Below are positions 33,278 through 43,500 of a DNA stretch of 64,000 nt, piece after piece. Position numbers and translations under genes: made by a program. The notes beneath the pieces were generated by a model. It was not told the origin of the DNA and made no database searches. It saw only the letters and a list, made by a program, of their open reading frames with translations. Origin of the DNA: a bacterium (GTDB taxonomy: Bacteria; UBA8248; JACPRG01; G963555815); assembly GCA_965261595.1 (NCBI GenBank), contig CBDHDG010000004.1:832001-896000 (forward strand), given 5' to 3'. Each line of letters starts with the position of its first letter. Position 1 is the first letter of the stretch.

Positions 33278-34289
33278 GGGGCTAAGATCAAACCTCTATT
33301 TTGCCATACAGATTTGACTTACCCTGCTATTTAACCGTATCTTCAATCTAGACCAGAATAGCCCCAAACTGGCACAACAAGAAACCTCGAAGTGACCAAA
33401 AGGAAACGCCTCTTATGAATCCTGATATCATCACCATTTTCAACAATAAGGGCGGCGTCGGAAAGACAACCCTCACTTTCCACTTAGCGCATGCTCTTGG
33501 TGAAATGGGCAAGAAAGTCCTCCTAATTGATCTTGACCCGCAGTGTAACCTAACCATCTTTTCTTTGGGTATGGAGGAAATTCACGATATTTGGGCACCG
33601 GAAGACGATTTCATTGACGATTTTGCCGCTTCGCTAGCCAAATTTAAGGACAGAGATTTCGTCAAACTCATAAAGATGCCACGTACGATCCATTTTGCTC
33701 TCAAACCTACAGAGGACGGCACTGGAGAACTCGATACATTACCTCCACCAGCAGAGTTAACAGACAATGTTCATCTCATTCCCGGACGACTCACACTTCA
33801 CCTGTTCGAGGCAAAGATAGGCGAACGATGGAGCGGTATCTATCAAGGAGACCCACTTGCAATAAGGACTGCCACGAGAGTTCGTCAGTTGTCATACGAG
33901 TACACAAAAAAATATGATTACGATCTAGTGATATTTGATACCTCTCCAAGTCTAGGTGCATTAAATCGCCACCTTCTCACATTGGCAGATGGTTTCCTCA
34001 TACCCTGTTCTCCAGACCTGTTCTCCGTTTACGGAATTCGAAACATCGCCAGCGCCTTGAGTGTGTGGAGGAAACAGTTCGACAGCATATTCCACCTGCT
34101 CTCAGACTCCAAACGCAGCCAGTTTCCCGAGAGCTTTGTGAAGCTGATCGGTTACACAATCTACAATGCCAAACGTTACTCGGGATCCCTGAATGACCTC
34201 GATCTTGCGCAAGCACACTACAATTATGCGAAAGAGATTCCGGTAACAATTGAACATTACTTGGATCCAGAGAACTCGTTACCTTTCGA

Positions 34290-35956
34290 CCCGCATTTCC
34301 CATATGGATCATAAGTTTTGTCGGACCGAATGCCGTTTTCTCGTGTAAGATCAAGGTGTTGGCCTCCCCCTGCCATCATCTTGCGAGGGGACCCAATGGG
34401 TGAAGCGAAGAAGGGGGCTTTGAAGATCCGTTTTGACCGTCGGCTGAGGCTTGAGTTTCACGGAACCAGGATCACTTCGGATGCGGGATTGCTGGCCTGC
34501 CGGGAGCTGGATGATGCGCTGGGTTTGACGGTGAGAGCGCCAGTGCAATTGCAAGAGATCCGTCATGGCCGGAACATCCAGCATGAGTTGGCGCCGCTAT
34601 TGCGCCAGTCGGTCTATAGCCGCTTGGCAGGGTATGAAGACACCAACGATGCCGAGCGGTTGGCCCAGGACCCCGCGATGCAAGCCGTGGTCGGCCGCCG
34701 AGCGCTTGAGAAGCAGGCGGCGGGCGCCAACACCCTGAGCCGGTTCGAGACCGAGGTTCTCACCAGGGAGGAGAATCTCAAGGGGTTGAGCGAGCTGAAC
34801 CGGGAGTGGGTGGACCGGGCCATGGCACACTCACCTCATCAGCGAATCATCCTGGACATGGACAGCTCGGAAAGCCCCGTCCATGGGGAGCAGGAAGGTA
34901 CGGCCTACAACGGCCACTTTCGTTGCACCTGTTATCACCCTCTTTTTTGCTTTAACCAGTTCGGGGACTGCGAAGGGGCGATGTTGCGCCCCGGCAACGT
35001 GCACAGCGCCGATGGCTGGCGCGAGTTGCTTTCGCCCATCGCGGCCCGGTATGAGCGGGCGGGTGTTCGCCGTTACTTCCGAGCCGATGCCGCCTTTGCG
35101 CGCCCGGAGGTCTATGAGTGCCTGGAAGCGCACAGCTTCCTTTACGCCATCCGCCTTCCCGCCAACGACGTGGTGCAGCGAGAGATCGACTTCCTCCTCA
35201 CCCGCCCGGTCGGTCGCCCGCCCAAGAGACCCATCATCTTCTATTACGACTTCCGGTATCAGGCTGGAAGCTGGGACCGTTCCCGGCGGGTCGTGGCGAA
35301 GGTGGAATGGCACTCAGGCGAACTCTTCCCTCGCGTCGGATTCATTGTCACGAACCTGACGGCTCGACCCGAGGGGGTCGTGCACTTCTACAACCAGCGA
35401 GGCACAGCCGAGCAATGGATCAAGGAAGGCAAGTACGCCCTGAACTGGACACGCCTTTCCTGTCACCGGTTCGTGTGCAACCAGGTGCGGCTCCTTCTCT
35501 TCGTCCTGGCGTACAACCTGGGCAATTTCCTGCGCAGGCTAGCCTGGCCCAGGGGGCTCAAGCACTGGTCGCTGCGAAGCCTCCAGGTCAAGCTCATCAA
35601 AATGGGCGGGAGGATTGTGCGGCACGCCCGGCAGATCATCTTTCAATTGGCCGAAGTAGCGGTATCCAGGGAAGAGTTCGCCATCATCCTGGACCGAATC
35701 AACCGATTACGGCCGGTGCCGGTCTAACCTTGTGCAGAGGGTTCCCGGCAGCATGAGGTGATTGGTTAACGGGTTGAACCGCGAACAAAGGGGACCGAAG
35801 GGCGAGGGTCCGCCTTTTGGGGCAGTCGATGGCCGTCAGCACCTTGTTGCGGAGGGTTGGAAGGCTCTTGACAAACCCATCGGAAGGGGATCAACTGGTT
35901 TTCATCGGGAAAGGGGACCGGAAACCACCCAAGCAAGTTGATATGGGAAATTCCGG
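34290..35956 (+). mobile_element. IS1380-family element with intact transposase (ATG 34396 to 35727)
   Basis: IRs CCCGCATTTCCCATAT / ATATGGGAAATTCCGG; TSDAGLL, GYED.ND, LDMDSS, RADAAF, YNQRGTAEQWIKE. Confidence 0.92.
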
Positions 35957-36171
35957 CTTGAGTCTTGAATTTCCATCTCCAAGGCATTCCGACTGAATCG
36001 CGGGGACGCCAACCTTATTTCCGCTGATCCCTTCGTTTTTCGTCCAAGCTTCCGCCGTTGCGGGACATGACCCAATGGGTCTTCAAGCTTTCCAACAAAA
36101 CCGTCATTTCCCAAGGGTCTGCCTGTCCTCTCATGACGGCCTATCCTCTCGATCTCTTCCTCGGATACGCC
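35957..36171 (-). pseudogene. Passenger fragment resembling the 3' end of a REP-associated tyrosine transposase (RAYT)
   Basis: Minus strand reads EEIERIGRHERTGRPLGNDGFVGKLE...RKLGRK, like RAYT/Y1 C-termini. Confidence 0.5.
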
Positions 36172-36398
36172 TTCGAAGGTCTCTTGTCGGACTCCATAGG
36201 TGGAAATTCTGTAATCCACAGCCACAACACATTTCCAAGCATGGCGCAAAAATACCACCAACCAATGTGGCTTCTCCCTGACGTGGATCTGGAACAAGAG
36301 GATAAAAATACCATTGCTGGAAACCGAGAGAGATACCGCAAGACTCAAAGAGCTTATCAGGAATTTGCCAAAGACTTTCTTGGCAGGGTTGCCGAGCT

Positions 36399-37078
36399 AT
36401 GAACGAAACCATCATAGAGGATGCTCTTAAACGGTACGATCAACAACGGCATGATCTTCAGATATTTATGGAAGGGGTCGTCAATTATATCGGAAGGCAT
36501 CCGGAGTTAAATTTGAATGGTCACCAAGTAGTGCACTCGTTCAAGAGTCGTCTGAAAGACCGGGAGCATTTGCGTCAAAAAATTCTTAGAAAGAGCGCGC
36601 AAGGAACGGAGATTAATTCGGAAAATCTATTTTCTAAAATAACAGATCTTGCAGGCGTTAGAATACTTCATCTTTTTCAAGAACATTTCGAGAGTATTGA
36701 TTCAGTTATTCGGCAAAAGGTGTTAGAGGAAGGGGATTGGTGGTTTGCCGAGCAGCCCAAAGCATACACATGGGATCCCAAACAGTTTCATTTTTTAAGC
36801 AGTTCGATCTCGAAGTGTCCGAAAAGCCCACCTCATATACGAGCGTCCATTATCTTGTCCGTCCGCGTGAAGATTCGGTGCTGTGCTGCGAAATTCAGGT
36901 GAGAACACTATTTGAGGAAATTTGGGCAGAAGTCGATCATCAGATAAACTACCCCGTACCTACAGGAGATATCTCCTTGCGCGAACAAATTGCAGTTCTA
37001 TCGAAGATCGTAGGTGCGGGAAGCCGGCTCTTGGATTCACTTAAGCGGGTCGAAACAGCGGTTAATGGTCCCAATTAA
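36399..37078 (+). pseudogene. RelA/SpoT-domain small alarmone synthetase-like protein with a single frameshift near 36780
   Basis: SRLKD...L.QK, ITDLAGVRIL, YTSVHY, EIQVRTLFEEIWAEVDH; ATGA overlap with the ParA stop. Confidence 0.85.
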
Positions 37079-37095
37079 TTTCTTTGTTCCTCTCT

Positions 37096-37211
37096 AGCAG
37101 GCTGCTAAAACAAGAAAGATTCGAATAGCGACAGTATGGAATCGTTATTAGGCAATTTGCCAACCGATATTGCTCGTGACAGTTCTCAAAACAGTTATTC
37201 AGTAGCCTGCT
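37096..37211. mobile_element. MITE-like element (about 116 bp)
   Basis: Terminal IRs TAGCAGGCTGCT / AGTAGCCTGCTA, non-coding interior. Confidence 0.6.
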
Positions 37212-37260
37212 ACTGTCCCGATTCTTTAGTTTCTACCACTATCCTGCATACTGGGCAGTT

Positions 37261-37750
37261 TTGAGGGTTCTCAGACAGAACCGCTTGATGGAATCGAGTA
37301 TCTCATCGGCGGTCGCTGTCTCCTTTGTCTGTTCCCTTTTGAGTCATCCGTTCCTAAGGAACAAAGGGCGGCGGTTTTGGGGAGAGAACGCGGATCGCAC
37401 TGGCACGCGGTCCTCGGAGATCACTTGTCTCAAGTGGGACTGGATACGTGGCGACGACCGTCATTCCGGCCGGATCGAGGTGCAGGCCCAGTTTCTGATG
37501 GCTACGATAGAGGAGGAGGCGGAAGTTGTAGTCGGCGGTGCTCATGACGGCGTTGCTCTGAACGCCGAGGCGTCCCTTGAGGAAGTTTCGATCGAGTTGG
37601 CCCTCGGTTTGTTGCGACCAATAACGGCCTCGATGGCGCGTGAACCCCTCGCGGTACAATTTGTTGATCCCCGCCGTTCGACGTGGATAGGCCGCTATGT
37701 AATCTTCCAGGGCCTGTTCCAGGCCGAGCCGGATCCCTCGAATCGGTGTC
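37261..37750. mobile_element. Mosaic of remnants: IS630-like tail (-), tyrosine integrase fragment (+), IS5-like transposase tail (-)
   Basis: ATADEILDSIKRFCLRT; TGTRSSEITCLKWDWI; LDRNFLKGRLG...NAVMS.A.YNFRLLL. Confidence 0.55.
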
Positions 37751-37790
37751 ATACGGCGTCAAGCATGCGCCCGTTTCCGGTCGGGGTGTC

Positions 37791-37923
37791 GGTGTTGAAA
37801 TAGTGTTGAACCCAGGCTGAACGCGCCTTCCATGGTCATCGCGATACCGACAAGAATAATTATTTATCAATGAGTTATACGGATACTCGCCGTGCAGGAA
37901 ACAACCTATCCATAAATTCCCAG
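37791..37923 (-). repeat. Unclassified element end B (inverted partner of 26621-26752)
   Basis: Minus strand CTGGGAATTTATGGATAG.., IHF-like site, GTTCAACACTATTTCAACAC. Confidence 0.65.
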
Positions 37924-38262
37924 CCAAGCGCCAGCGCGTACACCCGCTGCCGCAACAACGTCCCCAACTCATGTTCCACCCGCCTCGCGTCCCGACCGTC
38001 CTCAAAACAGGCCGCGAAGCCTGCGATCAACTTCACCCGCCCCTCGGTGTCGCGTAGCAAAAGACCGCCCGCATCAGAGGTGATCGCCCCGCCGTTGGAA
38101 GTGGCGATCACACGCCGAGAACCCAACCCTTGGAATTCCATCTGTTTTGCGATACACTGTGTGCGAGTCAAGTCGGTCTCCTTTCTTCGGGCAACCCGTT
38201 GATCAAAAAGAGTTTACCCGAAAAAAACCGGCTTGGCTCTCTTTCTTTGTGTGATATCCAGG
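37924..38262 (-). mobile_element. IS1380-family 5' remnant (a different subfamily), truncated by end B
   Basis: CCTGGATATCACA left end; GG.ITSDAGGLLL, F.D.R....VEH....LLRQRVYALALG. Confidence 0.8.
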
Positions 38263-38338
38263 CTAGGGGCGACAGCCATAAACTGTCCACCAACAATGGG
38301 GTAACTCTAGAAAGGCCAATCCAGGAGAATCGAGCATC

Positions 38339-40063
38339 ATGAATGCCGCATTGCAGCGAATCGAAGCCAACGAGAAACAGATCGCCGCCGTCTTTTCCGA
38401 CAATTACTCGTTCACCATACCTCCTTATCAAAGGCCCTACGCTTGGGAACTCCAGCATGCGACCGAACTACTCGATGATCTCTTGGACGCGATGCAACCC
38501 AACAGCGAATCAGATGGACTTTATTTTCTAGGAAGCATTGTTCTCGTAAAGATGCCCGAGGAGTCGGAAGCGCGGGTTGTCGACGGACAACAACGCCTCA
38601 CAACCTTGACGATTTTGTTTAGTGTTTTGCGTGACCTTACTCAAGACAGTGAGCTAAGACTCTCCCGTGACGCACACATCAAACAAGCAGCCAGCAAAGA
38701 CCTTGGGCGCCCGGAACGTCTGCGGCTTCATTTGCGCCAGCGTGACCAAGATTTTTTCGAAAAAACCATTCAGCGACGTGACGCGACATCCGACTTGCCG
38801 CGCCTTGAGAGTCTCGACGGCAGTGGATCTCATATAGTTGAAAATGCCACAGCCTACCGAGAGCAATTGTCGGCCATGACCGATGAACAACGCGATGACC
38901 TTATCTCCTTTGTTCTGAACAAATGTTACCTAGTAGTGGTCACTGTACCCACCGATGCAGCAGCCCGACGTATTTTTACAGTACTCAATGCCCGCGGCTT
39001 GGATTTGACGGCTACCGACATACTCAAAGCTGATTTCCTTGAACGTGCTGGCGAATCCCAAGAGAAACAACTTTCGGACCGTTGGGAGGAAATAGAGCTC
39101 GCTCTCGACCGTGATAGATTCGCCGATCTTTTCACTCATATCCGAATGATATTTCAACGCGAAAAACCACGCTCGGCACTTGATATCGGTTTTCCTCAGT
39201 TCGTTCGTCCGTTTCTCGGCGATCCCGCGCGATTTATTTCAGACACATTGGAGCCCTTTGCCGATGCGTTCACATTCTCTGAAGACCACAGCAAGATCAG
39301 TGCACTTTTTGGGACACATACGGCTCGACTCCTTGAATCATTGGGGCGTTTGGACAACAAGGATTGGATACCCCCCTTGTTGTTGCGATTCAAACAGCAT
39401 TTGGAAAACGGACACGTCGATATTTCTGAATTCATTATGAAACTCGAACGACTGGCATACTACCTTTTTATTATTCGCGCTGACGTCAACACGCGGATGG
39501 CCAGATATGCCGATGTTTTGGAAGAGATTGATCCGCATTCGAATCGCACCCAACGGTCTTCCGGTCTCGAACTTGATAATGTAGAAGCCTACGATTTCTT
39601 CACGGCACTAGATGGTCCTATTTACCTAAAGAGCCGTGTCGTCAAATCTCTTTTACTGAGGTTGGAGTTAAGTCTGTCAGATGGATCTGCTTCATATGAC
39701 TATCCAACTATTTCCGTAGAGCATGTCTGCCCGCAAACCATAGGGTCAGGAAGTCAGTGGGACAGCTGGTTTAGTGTCCGACAAACGCATACAGAGTGGC
39801 TACACCGTGCGGCCAACCTAGTCCTCCTGACCCATCGGAAAAACTCCAGCGCAAGCAATTGGGACCTGGACAAGAAGAAGAAAACCTACTTCACTAGAAA
39901 TGATGCCTGTCCATTCTTGCTTACTCGTCATGTTCTCGACGAGATCGAGTGGACGCCAGCAGTACTACAAGAGCGTCAAGTGCAAGTACTGCGTTCGCTA
40001 GCTAAGTCCTGGGAAATTACAGAGCAGTTCGATAGTTGGCTAGTTGTCCGGGATGTACTTTGA
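38339..40063 (+). CDS. DUF262-DUF1524 protein (GmrSD/SspE-like modification-dependent nuclease)
   Basis: IPPYQRPYAW, VVDGQQRLTT, IFTVLNARGLDL; C-terminal HNH-like SVEHVCPQ..NLVLL..KN. Confidence 0.9.
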   Translation: MNAALQRIEANEKQIAAVFSDNYSFTIPPYQRPYAWELQHATELLDDLLDAMQPNSESDGLYFLGSIVLVKMPEESEARVVDGQQRLTTLTILFSVLRDLTQDSELRLSRDAHIKQAASKDLGRPERLRLHLRQRDQDFFEKTIQRRDATSDLPRLESLDGSGSHIVENATAYREQLSAMTDEQRDDLISFVLNKCYLVVVTVPTDAAARRIFTVLNARGLDLTATDILKADFLERAGESQEKQLSDRWEEIELALDRDRFADLFTHIRMIFQREKPRSALDIGFPQFVRPFLGDPARFISDTLEPFADAFTFSEDHSKISALFGTHTARLLESLGRLDNKDWIPPLLLRFKQHLENGHVDISEFIMKLERLAYYLFIIRADVNTRMARYADVLEEIDPHSNRTQRSSGLELDNVEAYDFFTALDGPIYLKSRVVKSLLLRLELSLSDGSASYDYPTISVEHVCPQTIGSGSQWDSWFSVRQTHTEWLHRAANLVLLTHRKNSSASNWDLDKKKKTYFTRNDACPFLLTRHVLDEIEWTPAVLQERQVQVLRSLAKSWEITEQFDSWLVVRDVL

Positions 40064-40224
40064 TCAGCGCAGTTCTATGGAGCTTTGCTCGATCCAGGGC
40101 CCAGACGAATTCCGACCAAATCTCTAAAGATACGGTCGAGCGGTGGCGTTCGCATTCGGTTATTGAAGGTAGCATGTAGGGCTCCAGGTTTGTGACCGAA
40201 CAATTTCTTACAACGTTCCGCGGT

Positions 40225-41315
40225 TCATGCTGCACGCGATGATCGTGCGCGGAAACGCACGATGAAAGCAGGGCTGCACTCTGGTACCAACGCCCGGGAC
40301 GGAAAGCTGTGACGGCAGTCGTGGATGCGTGTGTCCTTGAGCCCGGCGCGGTCGAAGATCAAATTCAAGGGTCGTTTTGGTTGCGGATCGGTCGGCCCTC
40401 GATCTTGTACGAGATGACCCAAGGAATGTCCGGTAGGCGCAGGATCCTCTGCAGCACGCGCACGGCTGTCGGCGCGAGCGAGACTGCCCGTGGACCGGTC
40501 TTGGTGTCAGGCAATCTGAGCTCGTTCGCCTTGAGGTCCACCTCGTCCCAGCGAAGCGAGAGGATCTCGTTCTTCCGGCATCCGGTCAGCAGAAGCAGGC
40601 GGATAGCCGCCACCGCGTGAACCGAAACCCCCTTGCAGGTCTCCGCCTCGTCCAGCACCCGGCCGAGACGCCGGAACCCCTCCCCGGTCAGGAACCGGTC
40701 GCGGGCGCGCTCACGGTACTTGACCACCAGCCGGCACGGGTTGGCGGCCTCCGGGATCAGCCCCCGGTCCCCGGCCGCGTTGTAGATCCGCGAGAGCACG
40801 TCCACCACGCGGTTCGCCATGAACGGCGTATCCCGGAGCTTGTGGTGCAACTCGCTCACATGGACGTGCCCGACCGCAAGCGCGGGCATCCTGCCGAGCG
40901 CGGGCAGGATGTGTTTCCGGACGGCCTGGCCGTACATCTCCACCGTCTTCGGCTTGCACCGCACCGCGACGTGTTCTTCGAGATACGCCCGGGCAAGCTC
41001 CGCCACCGTCGGTCCACCGGCCAGCCTGGCCGACATGGGTTCGGGGACCGGCTCCTCGCCCGCCTTGATCCGCGCGATGATAAGCGCCGCCCGCCTGCGC
41101 GCCTCCTCAGCCGTAACGACGCCGTGGCGTCCCACCGTCACCCGCTTCGCCGCCCGGCCGCCCGCGCGGGTCTGCACCACGTAGTACTTGCTCCCCGACG
41201 GATAGACCCGTACCCCGAAACCGCTCAGTTCGCTGTCCCAGAACACCGTGTCCTTCCCGACCTTGAGCGCCTCCACCGTACGTCTGGAAATCGTCTTCGT
41301 CTCAAACCTCGCCAT
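40225..41315 (-). pseudogene. Arm-type tyrosine integrase with a degenerate C-terminus
   Basis: FWDSELSGFGVRV, LTGCRKNEI, DTKTG; frameshift before RIHDCRHSF; catalytic Tyr region lost. Confidence 0.85.
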
Positions 41316-41327
41316 ACCTCTCCTCCC

Positions 41328-42506
41328 TCACGCGGAGCCGTTCAGAACGTCCGCCCCGATGCTGCCGCCGACCTTCGCGGCGGAGGCCCTCTCGGTATCA
41401 CGCGCGAGATGCGCATACCGCGCCGTCGTCGTGACCTTTTGATGACCCAGGAGCTTTCCGATCATCGGAAGTCCCTCGCCGAGGGCCAGCGCCCTCGACG
41501 CATAGCTGTGCCGGCAGTCGTGGATGCGGACGTCCTCGAGCCCGGCGCGCGCCCGGAGCCTGAGCCAGATGCCGTCCAGGTTCTTGAGATGCTCCCCCGG
41601 GTTCCGTCCGGTGATGACCCAGGGGTTGTCCTCAAGGCGCGGAATCCCGGCGAGCACCGCCTCCACCACCGGCGTCAGCGGAGCCCGCCGCGCGCCCGTT
41701 TTCGCATCCTGTATCCGCAGTTCGCCCGCCGTGCGGTCGATGTCGTCCCACCGCAGCGTCACGATCTCGTTCTTCCGGCATCCGGTCAGAAGCAACAGGC
41801 GGAGCGCGGCGACCCCGGAGGCGAGCGCCGAACCGTCACTCTCGGCCTCGTCCAGTACCTCTCCCAGCCGCCGGTATTCCTCGGGCGTCAAGAACCGCTC
41901 CCGGCGCCGTTCCCTGTAGCGCCGCACCGAGCGGCACGGGTTCCGCCTCGGCGGCGTCATGCCCCAGGCCTCGGCGAGCTTGAACATCTTCGCCAGCACG
42001 CTCACCGTCTGGTTGGCCTGGTAGGGCTTGTTCCGGAGTTTGTAATGGAGCGCCGAGACATGGGACCGTTCCACGGCGGACAGTGCGAGTGCCCCCAGTT
42101 CCGGCGCGATATACAGATCGACCACGCGCCGGAACACTTCCACGGTGTTCGGCCGGCAGTTCACCTCGACATGGGACCGCATGTAGCGCTCGGCCAGATC
42201 GGCCACCGTCGGTTCCGGTGCGGGAGGAGGAGGATGCGGATCCTCGCCCCGCTTGATCCTGTCGATCACGACGGCGGCCTCCCGGCGCGCCGCATCGGCG
42301 GAGATATCCCCGTGCCGGTCGATGGAGGCGCGCCTGGGTCCACCGGACGGACCCCGCGTCTGTACGACATAGACCTTGCGGCCACCGGCGTAGACCCGCA
42401 CCCCGAAGCCGGGGAGTTCCCGGTCCCAGAAGACGGCGTCCCCGTCTTTGACCGCGAGCGCGTCGACGACTCGTTTGCTGAGCTTGACTGCATCCTTCCG
42501 GACCAT
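41328..42506 (-). CDS. Arm-type tyrosine recombinase/integrase, intact
   Basis: Arm domain plus R (TGCR), K (AKTG), HDCRH, LLGH and ARY catalytic residues. Confidence 0.93.
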   Translation of the reverse strand: MVRKDAVKLSKRVVDALAVKDGDAVFWDRELPGFGVRVYAGGRKVYVVQTRGPSGGPRRASIDRHGDISADAARREAAVVIDRIKRGEDPHPPPPAPEPTVADLAERYMRSHVEVNCRPNTVEVFRRVVDLYIAPELGALALSAVERSHVSALHYKLRNKPYQANQTVSVLAKMFKLAEAWGMTPPRRNPCRSVRRYRERRRERFLTPEEYRRLGEVLDEAESDGSALASGVAALRLLLLTGCRKNEIVTLRWDDIDRTAGELRIQDAKTGARRAPLTPVVEAVLAGIPRLEDNPWVITGRNPGEHLKNLDGIWLRLRARAGLEDVRIHDCRHSYASRALALGEGLPMIGKLLGHQKVTTTARYAHLARDTERASAAKVGGSIGADVLNGSA

Positions 42507-42518
42507 GGGAATGTCTCC

Positions 42519-43392
42519 TGTATAGGTTCAGATAGATGAGAGACATCTCCTTGGTTAGGGAGTAGAGTGCCAGGGGCCACGAGAGAGGAGGTCCCTGGAT
42601 GCAAGTGTTTGGGTGGCCCCCGAGGGCCGGGCTCGTCTTCGCGCCCTGAGCCTTTGGCGGGAGAGCGGGAATGCGAAATTGGTTTGCAGCACATTTGGGG
42701 TGAGCCGGGCCACGCTGTACCGCTGGCGGAAGCGGTTTGACCCCCGAGACCTGCCGACCCTGCAGGAGCGCACGCGCCGGCCGCGCCGGGTGAGGCAGCC
42801 CACGTGGTCGCCAGAGCTGGTGAAGGCGGTCTTGCAGCTTCGGGAGCAGTACCCCCGGTGGGGAAAGGCCAAGCTGGCGGTCCTGCTTCGACGCGAGGGG
42901 TTGGTGACCTCGGTCTCGACGGTGGGCCGCATCCTGGCCGATCTCAAGCGCCGGCGACTGCTGGTCGAGCCGAGGGGCAAGGTGGTGAGCGCGAAGCGGC
43001 GTCGGGCGCGGCGGCCTTACGCCACGCGCAAGCCCAAGGGCTATGTGCCCGGCCTTCCCGGAGACCTGGTCCAGGTGGACGGGGGCTCGGAGTTCCGGGC
43101 GGTGTTCGAGGCGGCGTGCGCGGAGCGGGAGATTTTGCTCTTTGAGCTGCCACCCCGCTCGCCCAAGCTCAACGGCCGTGTGGAGCGAGCCAACAGGACC
43201 CATACGGAGGAGTTCTACGAGGTGTACGAACTCCCCTGGACGGTGGCCTCGCTCAACGTCCGCCTTCGCGAGTGGGAGCAAGTCTATAACCACATTCGAC
43301 CCCACTGGGCCCTGGACTACCTGACGCCCGCCCAGGTCCTGGAGACATTCAAAAAAACGGCCCCGGTGTCTCATATGTCTTGAACCCATACA
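42519..43392 (+). mobile_element. IS481-family element with an internal deletion in the DDE core (ORF 42613-43383)
   Basis: TGT...ACA ends (TGTATAGGTTCA / TGAACCCATACA); HTH, PGDLVQVD fused directly to GGSEF, PKLNGRVERANRT. Confidence 0.85.
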
Positions 43393-43500
43393 CGCCCTTG
43401 ACATTTTGCACCGCTGTTGGTGTGCACAGGCGGTAAACAGAACGATTCCACCGCATTGCCGAAGGCTATAGAATAGAAGACATGAGCAAGAAGAGGGACA

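Larger units (their letters stand above)
33415..36402 (+). pseudogene. ParA/AAA_31-family ATPase split by an IS1380 unit (segments 33415-34289 and 36177-36402)
   Basis: FNNKGGVGKTT, IDLDPQCNLT, FDTSPSLGALN; in-frame rejoin NSLPF-E-GLLSDSIGG gives about 366 aa. Confidence 0.85.

Noticed and set aside
33415..34314. ParA as a plasmid or chromosome partition gene
   Set aside because: No parB, parS or rep nearby; it has long insertions and is coupled to a RelA/SpoT gene.
40617..43404. 640-aa (+) and 522-aa (-) ORFs over the integrases and IS481
   Set aside because: Shadow frames of genuine genes.
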